DNA of 60,293 nucleotides, filler included. It is 5 parts of 5 records of this genome, joined end to end, with 100 filler letters (N's around TTAATTAATTAA, not from the genome) between each part and the next. Parts side by side here need not be neighbours in the genome. Positions count along the whole stretch, not along the records: positions 28,559 to 51,013 come from DRR723986_66968; 4 more parts are not named here. One strand, given 5' to 3'. Each line of letters opens with the position of its first letter. Within the stretch, counting starts at the first letter, position 1. The notes below the pieces were generated by a model. That model ran no database searches. It saw only the letters and a list, made by a program, of their open reading frames with translations, and was not told where the DNA came from. This document shows positions 39,858-48,819 of this stretch, one piece after another. A program made the position numbers and the translations under genes.

Positions 39858-40202
39858 GTGAACGATAGGCCAAACATTCTGGTAGTTTGTGGAAGAAACA
39901 AACGAAGAAGCAGAACCGCTGAATATATATTTAAGAACGATCAACGGTTCAATATCCGATCTGTTGGACTTAGCCCTAAAAGTGAACGTCAAATTAAAGA
40001 GCGTGATATTGAATGGTCCGATTTGATATTTGTGATGGAAGATGGACAAGGCAACCGGATTTCAGGAACATTTCGACACTTAGAAATTCCTGAAATTGAA
40101 GTTCTCCAAATTGCAGATGAGTACGAATATCTGGATGAAGAATTAATAGAAATGCTGACTGACAGGATTAACTCAACGCTGGAAGTGGTCTATAAAATCT
40201 AA
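39858..40202 (+). CDS. Low-molecular-weight protein-tyrosine-phosphatase-like protein
   Basis: VVCGRNKRRSRTAE (CX5R); WSDLIFVME; IADEYEYLD. Confidence 0.85.
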   Translation: MNDRPNILVVCGRNKRRSRTAEYIFKNDQRFNIRSVGLSPKSERQIKERDIEWSDLIFVMEDGQGNRISGTFRHLEIPEIEVLQIADEYEYLDEELIEMLTDRINSTLEVVYKI

Positions 40203-40280
40203 GAAAAAAGCAGCTAATCAGAAAGACGGCTATTAAACCACAGTTCAACGGTTTCAAAAATCAATCTCAGCAGGCATACC

Positions 40281-40307
40281 ATCCTGCTTCTGGAGAAGCA
40301 GGATAAC
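40281..40307 (+). repeat. REP-like palindrome
   Basis: ATCCTGCTTCT-gg-AGAAGCAGGAT-AAC; related copies at 28432, 42273 and 44333. Confidence 0.8.
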
Positions 40308-40479
40308 ACTAGTCTATTTTTTTTGGAAGTATGCAACAAAGAAATTCCCCTCTCCTATAGATGCTCTTGACGAAATCCTTAATTTAGGATCATTTAAACC
40401 TGAAGACCTGTGAACAATCCCGATATAGACGCAATGGGGTTAGGTGAGTTGCGTATAGACAAGTGTTAGTGCCAAGCGT

Positions 40480-40983
40480 ATGACAACAGATAAACAATAC
40501 TACCAAATCGACTTTTTGACCAGCGTTGTTGAACAATGTCCAGACAATTGTGTGGTACAATTACAGTGCAACTGGACATCAACTGCTTTTTCGGACAATG
40601 ACTTAGCTGAAATAAAAAATCAATCTATTAATTCCATAAAAGACTGCAAGACAGACAGACAAGTGGAAGTTTTTAAATCTTCTCATTTTGACAGTTATAA
40701 ATATCAAAACACAAAACTCGGACAGTTTCCTATTTGGGACGGTGGACTGAATTTGCTTATCAGGGCTGACAGCAAAAATGAAATTATAGAAAGAATATCT
40801 AAATACCTTGACAATAGTGATGTTTGCCATTGCCAAATTTATACGCAACACAAACACATTGCAAAGTGCTATGACAGTTTTATGCATTGCTGGCTCGACA
40901 GCAGTGCGTTTAAATTTACGACAGAACAAAAAGAAAAATTCGCAGCCAAAGACATTGACATTTATTTCGATAATGAAGGATAG
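40480..40983 (+). CDS. Hypothetical protein in an integron-type gene cassette
   Basis: Preceded by GTTAGTGCC (40465) and followed by its reverse complement GGCACTAAC (40991). Confidence 0.75.
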   Translation: MTTDKQYYQIDFLTSVVEQCPDNCVVQLQCNWTSTAFSDNDLAEIKNQSINSIKDCKTDRQVEVFKSSHFDSYKYQNTKLGQFPIWDGGLNLLIRADSKNEIIERISKYLDNSDVCHCQIYTQHKHIAKCYDSFMHCWLDSSAFKFTTEQKEKFAAKDIDIYFDNEG

Positions 40984-40990
40984 AACGCCA

Positions 40991-41124
40991 GGCACTAACA
41001 CTGGTTTTGCGTCAGGCGGGCTGACGTGCAAGCTTGGAGCTTTGTGCTTCTATTCAAGTTCAGTACAGGTTGACAGCTTTGTACTCCGAAACCCGCCCGA
41101 ACACAAAGCCCGAAACCGTTAGAT
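40991..41124 (+). other. attC-like recombination site (about 130 bp)
   Basis: Starts ...CTAAC and ends GTTAGAT (GTTRRRY); arms GGTTTTGCGTCAGGCGGG and CCCGCCCGAACACAAAGCC pair imperfectly, with an extra base. Confidence 0.75.
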
Positions 41125-41137
41125 GCAATACACGGAC

Positions 41138-41560
41138 ATGAAAAAGTGGATTAAAGAACGACTGGACTACTGGGACTTAAAATCATTCTTCGGGACAGTG
41201 ATTTTTATTTCAATTTGCCTTTACGGACTTTACTACTTTTCTGACATCCGAGATCGATTCCGACAGACGGACTTAGAAACTTTCAAAGGACACACTACAG
41301 GAGAAATTATTTCAATTGAACCAATTGTAAGGAATAAACAAACAAAGTGGAAAGGGACCGAGATTTATACCGACAGTTATAAGATCCGATACACTTATAC
41401 TGTCAATGGACAAAGTTTTGAAAAAACAGACTTTATTCAACTTAGTCCCAAGAATGAGAATTTATTAACGAGGATACTGGAAAGAAAAACGACCGACACT
41501 TTCGAAATACATTTCGACTTGGACGACCCAGAGAAAAGTATTGTGGCTACCGTGCACTGA
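41138..41560 (+). CDS. Membrane-anchored hypothetical protein (DUF3592-like) in a gene cassette
   Basis: One TM, then TTGEII...YKIRYTYTVNGQSF...IHFDLDDPEKS; bounded by GTTAGATGCA and a degenerate TGCAGCTAAA. Confidence 0.7.
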   Translation: MKKWIKERLDYWDLKSFFGTVIFISICLYGLYYFSDIRDRFRQTDLETFKGHTTGEIISIEPIVRNKQTKWKGTEIYTDSYKIRYTYTVNGQSFEKTDFIQLSPKNENLLTRILERKTTDTFEIHFDLDDPEKSIVATVH

Positions 41561-41707
41561 AGTGATGCAGCTAAAAACTAGGTTTTCGTTGCGTGCAAAG
41601 CACGAACAACCAGCTCTTCCAGCTCTTCGAGATTTGTAATCTCGAAGCTTATCCGTTGAATGTCTAATTCTTACTCAGCAATACCTCTCTAGTAAACATT
41701 TGCATAA

Positions 41708-41727
41708 TTGGTGTATATTTACACCAA
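41708..41727. promoter_or_regulatory. parDE operator palindrome
   Basis: TTGGTGTA-tatt-TACACCAA 11 nt before the antitoxin ATG. Confidence 0.6.
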
Positions 41728-41738
41728 ACTAGTTAATC

Positions 41739-41975
41739 ATGGGAAGACAGAGCATTTCATTAACCGATCCAAATGACAATTGGCTACAAGAAAAAGTAGC
41801 TGCTAAGGAATATGCTAGCAAAAGTGAATTGGTAAATGACCTGATTCGACAAGAACGAAAACGGCAGGAAAGTATAGCCTTGCTTCGACTAGAATTGATA
41901 AAAGGTGAAGAAAGTGGCTACTCCAAGAAAACTAAAGACGAGATTTTAGCCTTAGCAAAAAACGGCCTGAAATGA
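41739..41975 (+). CDS. parD: ParD-family (RHH) antitoxin
   Basis: EYASKSELVNDLIRQ...LIKGEESG. Confidence 0.88.
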   Translation: MGRQSISLTDPNDNWLQEKVAAKEYASKSELVNDLIRQERKRQESIALLRLELIKGEESGYSKKTKDEILALAKNGLK

Positions 41976-42247
41976 CTTACCTGCTCAGTCAAGAAGCAGA
42001 AGATGATATTGTTCGAATATACAGATTAGGCTTTATGAACTTTGGGGAAGCGCAGGCTGATAAATATTTCGAAGCACTTTTCAACTGTTTTGAACGAATT
42101 GGTGAGAATCCATATCAATTCCCGCAAGCATCACATATTCGAAAATCTTATCATTATTGTGTTTGTGGATCAGATACAATCTATTTCAAACTAACTACTG
42201 ATGAAATACCGGAAATAATCCGAATAATAGGAAGGCAAGAATTCTAG
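41972..42247 (+). CDS. parE: RelE/ParE-family toxin
   Basis: YLLSQEAEDDIVRIY..G..NFGEAQADKY; ATGA overlap with the antitoxin. Confidence 0.9.
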   Translation: MTYLLSQEAEDDIVRIYRLGFMNFGEAQADKYFEALFNCFERIGENPYQFPQASHIRKSYHYCVCGSDTIYFKLTTDEIPEIIRIIGRQEF

Positions 42248-42568
42248 AATAACCATAACAAAATCAACCTTCATCCTACATCTGGAAAAGCCAGGCAACA
42301 CAAATTGTTTTTTTAAGTATGAAACTACCCCCTCCTCTCCTGTAGCTGCTCTTAACAAAATCCTTTATTTAGACTGAACACAAAAAAAAGGCTGGTTGCT
42401 TTTGAAAACCTGATAGAAATCTGAAAAGTAAATACATCAAACTATTTAAAAGGACTGGCCTATCTGCCTTTTAGCAAGAGCCATTTTTACTTTAGAGACT
42501 AGCGAAAGTAAAATTAGCTCCTCTGGATTTGCAATCTCCAGCCTACAAACAAGCGAAAACATGAAATC

Positions 42569-42618
42569 TTTCGATCGTAACCGAGAATTAACATGTTAAT
42601 TTTCGGTTACGATCGAAA
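42569..42618. promoter_or_regulatory. 50-bp near-perfect palindrome upstream of the ATPase gene
   Basis: TTTCGATCGTAACCGAGAATTAACA|TGTTAATTTTCGGTTACGATCGAAA (24/25 complementary). Confidence 0.75.
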
Positions 42619-42637
42619 ATTTACATATTTTTAACTC

Positions 42638-43765
42638 ATGATAACTCGTCAAATAGAATCTGAGCTGCGAAAAAGGATTCATCAAGGAAAGCTTTTGGTA
42701 ATCATCGGTCCTAGGCAGGTAGGGAAAACTACGCTCATGAAGCAGGTCTTAGATTTCCCCAATGAAAAGGTATTATGGCTGAATTGTGATAACCCAGATG
42801 ATCGTCAGACCCTTTTTGAAGTTACAACTTCAGCCCTAAAGTCCCTTATCGGAGGTTATAAATTGGTAGTAATTGACGAAGCTCAACGCGTACCAAATAT
42901 TGGTCTTACGTTGAAAATATTGGCAGATGAATTTCCCGAAGTTCAAGTCATAGCTTCAGGTTCATCAGCATTAGACTTAGCCAACTCAATTAAAGAGCCG
43001 TTGACAGGTCGCAAACGAGAGTTTCAACTTTACCCAATTTCTATAGAAGAACTTTGCTTGCATACTTCTCCTAGGGAAGAGAAACGGCTTTTGGAGCGGC
43101 GGATGATCTTTGGCTTTTATCCAGAAGTAATCAACCATCCAAGCGAAGCACAAGAAGCACTTCAGGAAATTACCAGCAGCTATCTCTACAAAGATATTTT
43201 GAGTTTGGCGGATGTTCGTATGCCTACAGCTTTACAGAAGTTATTACTGGCTTTGGCACTTCAGGTCGGTTCAGAGGTTACATTCAACGACCTGGGAAAT
43301 ACAATTGGGATAGATAAGGAAACAGCAGAAAAGTATCTAGACTTGCTAGAGAAGGCATTTGTGATTTTTCGTCTGAACTCGTTTAGCAGGAATATGCGTC
43401 GAGAGCTCAAAAAAAGCAGAAAGATCTACTTTTGGGACAATGGCGTGCGAAATGCCATTATCAATAATTTCAACTCCCTGGATTTACGAAATGACAAAGG
43501 AGCGCTTTGGGAGAATTTCATAATCAGTGAGCGAATGAAATACCTGAGCTACAATCGCATTCATTCTAACGTTTATTTTTGGAGGACAACGACAGGAAAA
43601 GAACTGGACTGGCTGGAAGAGCGTGAAGGGAAGTTATTTGCTTTTGAGGCGAAATGGAATCCAGAGCGAAGGGCCAAATTGCCTCTGGGTTTTGAAGAGG
43701 CATATCCAGAAACTGAGTTTCGAGTTGTTAATCGAGAAAATTATTTGGATGTGCTGACTCAATAA
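42638..43765 (+). CDS. AAA_14 ATPase with DUF4143 (PD-(D/E)XK-like) C-terminal domain
   Basis: GPRQVGKTT; IDEAQ; KIYFWDNG; LWENF; YFWRT..KELD..FEAKW. Confidence 0.92.
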   Translation: MITRQIESELRKRIHQGKLLVIIGPRQVGKTTLMKQVLDFPNEKVLWLNCDNPDDRQTLFEVTTSALKSLIGGYKLVVIDEAQRVPNIGLTLKILADEFPEVQVIASGSSALDLANSIKEPLTGRKREFQLYPISIEELCLHTSPREEKRLLERRMIFGFYPEVINHPSEAQEALQEITSSYLYKDILSLADVRMPTALQKLLLALALQVGSEVTFNDLGNTIGIDKETAEKYLDLLEKAFVIFRLNSFSRNMRRELKKSRKIYFWDNGVRNAIINNFNSLDLRNDKGALWENFIISERMKYLSYNRIHSNVYFWRTTTGKELDWLEEREGKLFAFEAKWNPERRAKLPLGFEEAYPETEFRVVNRENYLDVLTQ

Positions 43766-43888
43766 AGGGAATTCTGGAAAGCTGAAAATTTCATTTTATT
43801 TATTGCAATTAAATCTAGGTAAACATGACGAAATTCTTAATTTAGAATCAACTTTTCCATACGTTTATAAATTAACTAATCACTTAAA

Positions 43889-44323
43889 ATGAAGAGACAA
43901 TTAACTTTTATTGGGGCCATATTTTTCCTAATCTCATGCTCATCCACTCAGCCACTCTCCAAGAACGTAAAGCAACAGCTAAAGGATAATGATACATTTG
44001 TTGTGAATGAAATTTCGACCGACAAATCCTATGGACTTTCTCCTAAAAATCCTGTAGAAGTGGGAGGAGCTAAAGACTCTGAAGGCCCTTTAAACGAGAG
44101 ACGTTACTTAAATGCATTGACAGGCCCAAATGGAGAAAAAATCTACTATTATCGACAAGGAAGTTGCTGCCCTGTTAAAAGTGAAAACGGCCTAATGGGA
44201 ACCGCGATGTTGGACAATTATAGAGTCACTTGGGCGAATTCAAAAGATACAGTGTCCATCTACATAAACATGTATGATTCAGGTTTATTAAAAGCTCCAT
44301 TTGGATTCGGCATTAAAAAATAA
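43889..44323 (+). CDS. Conserved hypothetical lipoprotein
   Basis: Lipobox LISC; GPLNERRYLNALTGPNGE..GSCCP..LDNY..YINMYD. Confidence 0.75.
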   Translation: MKRQLTFIGAIFFLISCSSTQPLSKNVKQQLKDNDTFVVNEISTDKSYGLSPKNPVEVGGAKDSEGPLNERRYLNALTGPNGEKIYYYRQGSCCPVKSENGLMGTAMLDNYRVTWANSKDTVSIYINMYDSGLLKAPFGFGIKK

Positions 44324-44411
44324 TACTTAAATATCCAGCTTTTGGAGAAGCAGGATAACCAAATTTGCGCTCTCCACGAAAACCTCCGTGCTCTCTGCGG
44401 TTAATCAAAAA

Positions 44412-44450
44412 AAATGCCCCCATCAAGTTCATCACTTTCTGGGGGCATTT
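44412..44450 (-). terminator. Terminator of the RND operon
   Basis: AAATGCCCCCA...TGGGGGCATTT preceded by an A-tract. Confidence 0.7.
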
Positions 44451-44472
44451 CAATTATAATTAGAGAAACTAC

Positions 44473-47400
44473 TTAATGATGCTCATGCTGTGTTGGATCA
44501 TAATTAGCTTCTAACTCTGCCAAGCCTTTTTTACCGTAAGCAATTTTAGTAATCACCACATATAAGACTGGCACAAAGAAGATCGCCAAGAAGGTAGCTG
44601 CAAGCATCCCTCCGATCACGGTAAAACCAATTGTCTGTCTTGCTACAGCACCAGCTCCATTCGAAATAGCCAATGGAACCACACCGAGGATGAAGGCAAG
44701 AGAAGTCATGATAATCGGTCGAAGTCTCAATTTTACCGCTTCCAAGGTTGCCTGGAGTAGTGGCATTCCTACGTCAACACGTTCCTTGGCAAACTCTACA
44801 ATCAAGATGGCGTTTTTCGCCGCCAAACCAATCAGGGTAATCAAACCAATCTGTGCATAAATATTATTATCCAACTTCGGCAAGAAGTGAAGGGCGATGA
44901 TCGCACCAAAAGCACCCAGTGGCAAAGCCAATAGAACTGAGAATGGGACTGACCAGCTTTCATACAAGGCTGCCAATAGCAAGGAAACCAACACAATCGC
45001 CAAGGCAAAAATCAGAATAGTACTACTTCCAGAGGAAAGTTCCTCTCTACTCAAGCCGGAAAAGTCATAGCCATATCCCGCCGGTAAGGTTTGAGCTGCA
45101 ACTTCCTCCAAGGCTGCCAAGGCTTGACCCGAACTATAGCCAGGAGCGGCATTACCATTTACTTCCGCAGATCGAAACAAGTTATAGTGAGAAATAACTG
45201 GCGCATTTTCTACCACCTCATAGCTAATCAACGCACTCAAAGGCACTGCCTCTCCTCCACTACTTTGTACATAAAATTGTTCTAAGTTGTTCATTCCAGC
45301 TCGGTAAGCTGTATCCGCTTGTGCTACCACACGGAAGTTTCGGCCATATCTGGTGAAGTCATTCACATAGGAGCTTCCCATGTAATTCGACATAGTCGTA
45401 AAGATCTCAGTAAGCGGAACTCCCAATTTCTTAGCTTTCTCTCGATCCACTGTCACATGATATCCGGGAGTTTTGGCAGTAAAGAAGCTATACGCCATTG
45501 CGATTTCCGGACGCTGATTGGCCGCAGCTAGGAACTGCCCAAGTGCTCCTTCAAACTCCTTGATATCTCCAGTAGCAGATCGCTGCTCCAGCATAAAGCT
45601 AAATCCACCTGTGCTACCCAATCCTGGAATCGCAGGAGGAGGTACCACCACAATACTGCCTTCGGTAATTGAAGCAAACTTTTGATTCAAAGTTGCCAAC
45701 ATACCTCCAAGTTGCAGAGAAGGGTCTTTTCTATCATCCCAAGGATCCATCTGTACGAAGAAAGTAGCCGCGTTTGGCTTGAAGGAGAAGTTGATCACGT
45801 TCAGCCCTCCGATACCAGTTACGTGATTGATGCCCTCGGTTTCTTCCAAAATAGCGTTCATCTTCTGCATCACGGCCTGCGTTCTGTTACTCGCAGCACC
45901 TTCAGGAAGCTGAAGAGTCACATAAAGTCTTCCCTCATCCTCAGTAGGTAAGAAACCGGTTGGTTTGGTTTGGAAAAGCCCGAAAGTACCAGCGAAAACA
46001 CAAACGAGTAAAATCAATACAAGTGGTGCTCTTTTGATGCTTGTTCTCACCCCATTGGTATAGCTTGCAGTAGTACGCTCAAACCACAAGTTGAACTTGT
46101 AGAAGAACTTATTCAGTCCTTTACCATTTTCATTTACTTCAGAAGGCTTCAGCAAGAGAACGCACAAAGCAGGTGTCAAACTCAACGCTACAAAGGCCGA
46201 AAGCAATACTGAGATCGCTATGGTAATGGCAAACTGCTGATACATTCTACCTACAATACCTGGGATAAAACCTACCGGAATAAATACCGCCGCCAAAATC
46301 AAGGCAATCGCTATAACCGGCGCAGTGATATCTTTCATCGCAAGACGAGTAGCTTCTTTTGCAGATATCTTTCTGGAATCTATGTAATGCTGAACTGCTT
46401 CCACTACCACAATCGCATCATCCACCACTATACCGATAGCCAATACGAAACCAAAAAGCGTCAGCGTATTGATCGTAAATCCGAGCAAAGGGAAGAAAAT
46501 AAACGTTCCAATAATAGATACAGGAATCGCCAAAACAGGCACTAAAGTCGCTCTCCAGCTCTGCAAGAAAAGGAATACTACAATAATCACGAGAATCAAT
46601 GCCTCCACAAACGTGTGCATCACCTCATTGATGGATACTTCTACTACAGATACAGATTCAAAAGGAACTGTATATTTCATATCTGTAGGAAAGCTCTTCT
46701 GCAATTCATCCAAAGCTGCATATACACCTTCGGCTGTCTCCAGGGCATTACTTCCCGGAGCTTGATAAATCAACAAAATCGCAGCTTCTTCCCCGTCCAA
46801 AGTAGAATATCTACCATAGTCGAATTGTCCCAATTCCGTTCTAGCGACGTCTTTCAGGTAAACTATTGAACCATCCTCAGGATTTGTTCTTAATACGATA
46901 TCATCAAATTCTTCTGCCCTTTCCAATCGGCCATTTACGGTAATAGGATATTCAAATGCCTGTGTATCGTATTGAGGCATACTTCCCACTGTACCTGCTG
47001 CTACTTGTAAGTTTTGTTCTTGAATGGCAGCAGTCACTTCGCGAGCTGTGATTCCGTATTGAGCAAGTTTATCAGGTTTCAGCCAAACACGCATACTGAA
47101 ATCCTGACCGATCGCTGTAATATCACCTACACCGTTTACACGAAGAAGTGCATCTTTGATAAAGATGTTAGCGTAATTGGAGAGAAACTTAGAATCATGA
47201 GTTCTTTCCGGAGAAGTGATACTTAATACCATCATGATCGATGGATTCCTTTTTCTTACCGTTACCCCCAATCGACGCACAGCCTCCGGAAGAGAGGGTT
47301 CGGCGATGGACACTCTATTCTGTACATCCAGTGTCGCGATGTTAATGTCTGTCCCTACTTCAAAGGTGACGTTCATCTGCATCTGTCCCGTACTGGTGTT

Positions 47401-47646
47401 ATTCGAGGAAATATAAGTCATCCCAGGAGTACCATTCACTTGGGTTTCTATGGGAGTAGCTACAGTCTGCTCCACCGTCTTTGCATCTGCACCCGTGTAG
47501 TTGGCTGACACCGATACTACCGGAGGCGTGATGTCAGGATACTGTGTAACGGGGAGATTTAATATAGCTAAAACACCGACCAGCACGATGACGATAGAAA
47601 TCACCATTGCGGTTACTGGCCGTTTTATAAATACGTCTGATATCAT
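44473..47646 (-). CDS. RND efflux permease (HAE1/AcrB family)
   Basis: FIKRPV; GIVVDDAIVVVE; GLAAKNAILIVEFA; RLRPIIMTS. Confidence 0.97.
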   Translation of the reverse strand: MISDVFIKRPVTAMVISIVIVLVGVLAILNLPVTQYPDITPPVVSVSANYTGADAKTVEQTVATPIETQVNGTPGMTYISSNNTSTGQMQMNVTFEVGTDINIATLDVQNRVSIAEPSLPEAVRRLGVTVRKRNPSIMMVLSITSPERTHDSKFLSNYANIFIKDALLRVNGVGDITAIGQDFSMRVWLKPDKLAQYGITAREVTAAIQEQNLQVAAGTVGSMPQYDTQAFEYPITVNGRLERAEEFDDIVLRTNPEDGSIVYLKDVARTELGQFDYGRYSTLDGEEAAILLIYQAPGSNALETAEGVYAALDELQKSFPTDMKYTVPFESVSVVEVSINEVMHTFVEALILVIIVVFLFLQSWRATLVPVLAIPVSIIGTFIFFPLLGFTINTLTLFGFVLAIGIVVDDAIVVVEAVQHYIDSRKISAKEATRLAMKDITAPVIAIALILAAVFIPVGFIPGIVGRMYQQFAITIAISVLLSAFVALSLTPALCVLLLKPSEVNENGKGLNKFFYKFNLWFERTTASYTNGVRTSIKRAPLVLILLVCVFAGTFGLFQTKPTGFLPTEDEGRLYVTLQLPEGAASNRTQAVMQKMNAILEETEGINHVTGIGGLNVINFSFKPNAATFFVQMDPWDDRKDPSLQLGGMLATLNQKFASITEGSIVVVPPPAIPGLGSTGGFSFMLEQRSATGDIKEFEGALGQFLAAANQRPEIAMAYSFFTAKTPGYHVTVDREKAKKLGVPLTEIFTTMSNYMGSSYVNDFTRYGRNFRVVAQADTAYRAGMNNLEQFYVQSSGGEAVPLSALISYEVVENAPVISHYNLFRSAEVNGNAAPGYSSGQALAALEEVAAQTLPAGYGYDFSGLSREELSSGSSTILIFALAIVLVSLLLAALYESWSVPFSVLLALPLGAFGAIIALHFLPKLDNNIYAQIGLITLIGLAAKNAILIVEFAKERVDVGMPLLQATLEAVKLRLRPIIMTSLAFILGVVPLAISNGAGAVARQTIGFTVIGGMLAATFLAIFFVPVLYVVITKIAYGKKGLAELEANYDPTQHEHH

Positions 47647-47678
47647 TAGTAATTAATCAAGTCTTATTAATAAACGGT

Positions 47679-48791
47679 TTATTGGACTGTAGTCTGCTCA
47701 GTAATCTGAACTCCATCTCGTAGCTTTTGAATACCAGTATCCACAATTTTGGCTCCTTCGCTCAATCCAGATCTCACGACGATTTTGTCCCCTATTTGTG
47801 TTCCAAGCAGCACATTCTGCTGTTTTACAGTATTATCATCCTGCACCACATACACGAAGTATTCTCCCATTTGCTCAGTTACTGCTCTAAAGGGAATTAC
47901 CACTTGTTCACCTAAATCCTGATTCAGAACCATCAAGTTTACGGTCATTCCTGCTATTAGCTCATTGTTTGGATTTGGAAATTGAACTCGCAGTGCAATT
48001 GTGCCAGATTGACGCCCTACTGCCCTGTCCATTGTAGTAAGGGTGCCATTGAAAGGATAAATACTATTATCACTAAATCGGATTCTGAAGAGTGAATCTG
48101 GGTTATCTTCTGCTCTCAGCAGTTTGTTGAACCTTGGAATCTCCCGCTCATTGATCACAAAATTCAAAGACATGGGATCATTGGAAGAAAGGGTATTCAA
48201 TAATGGCTGACCTGGAGAAACCTGTGCCCCCAATCTAACTTGTGATATCCCGACTGTACCATCAAATGGCGCAGTCAATACAGAATATTGGTAATCTGTA
48301 TTTGCTGATTCTAACTGTGCTTTCGCCGAACTCAGTTGAGCTTTGGCATCCAAAACCGCACTCTCAGCATGATCTAGTTGCTGCTTTGCGATAGCATCCT
48401 GCTCATCCAATCTCTTATAGCGATCGAAATCCTTGCTTAATCTGGCAAGGTTAGCTTCAGCACTTTCCACCATTGCTTTTGCCTGCTGCTGTGATGCAGC
48501 ATATTTGCTTCTATCTATTTCATACAGTCTCTGACCTTTTTTAACTTCCTGGCCATCTTTCACATAAATGTTTGTGATGTATCCACCAATCTGCGGTCTG
48601 ATTTCTACTTCATTCAGTGGCACAATGGAAGAAGGGTATTCGTCTATGCCTGTTACAGATTTATTTACCACAGTATAAGTTGTGACGGCTACTGCAGCCG
48701 GTGCCTGTTGTCCCGCCTGTTCTTTTTGACCGCAAGAAAACCCTGCATAAATCAAGGCCGAAAAAGCTATGAGTTTGTATGATATGTTCAT
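47679..48791 (-). CDS. RND periplasmic adaptor (MFP)
   Basis: Lipobox GFSC; VEIRPQIGGYI; APFDGTVG. Confidence 0.95.
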   Translation of the reverse strand: MNISYKLIAFSALIYAGFSCGQKEQAGQQAPAAVAVTTYTVVNKSVTGIDEYPSSIVPLNEVEIRPQIGGYITNIYVKDGQEVKKGQRLYEIDRSKYAASQQQAKAMVESAEANLARLSKDFDRYKRLDEQDAIAKQQLDHAESAVLDAKAQLSSAKAQLESANTDYQYSVLTAPFDGTVGISQVRLGAQVSPGQPLLNTLSSNDPMSLNFVINEREIPRFNKLLRAEDNPDSLFRIRFSDNSIYPFNGTLTTMDRAVGRQSGTIALRVQFPNPNNELIAGMTVNLMVLNQDLGEQVVIPFRAVTEQMGEYFVYVVQDDNTVKQQNVLLGTQIGDKIVVRSGLSEGAKIVDTGIQKLRDGVQITEQTTVQ

Positions 48792-48819
48792 ATAGTATAA
48801 AATTTAAAAGGGATTCGAA

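Noticed and set aside
40808-41122. 104-aa + ORF and 142-aa - ORF (40603..41031)
   Set aside because: Shadow ORFs overlapping the cassette gene and the attC-like hairpin.
43889-44323. KDO8P synthase (kdsA) label that I recall being attached to this family
   Set aside because: A 144-aa lipoprotein has neither the length nor the TIM-barrel motifs of KdsA.
44473-47646. Multiple short + strand ORFs inside the RND gene (likewise inside htpG, cysD and the sulfatase)
   Set aside because: Antisense or alternative-frame shadows of well-conserved genes.
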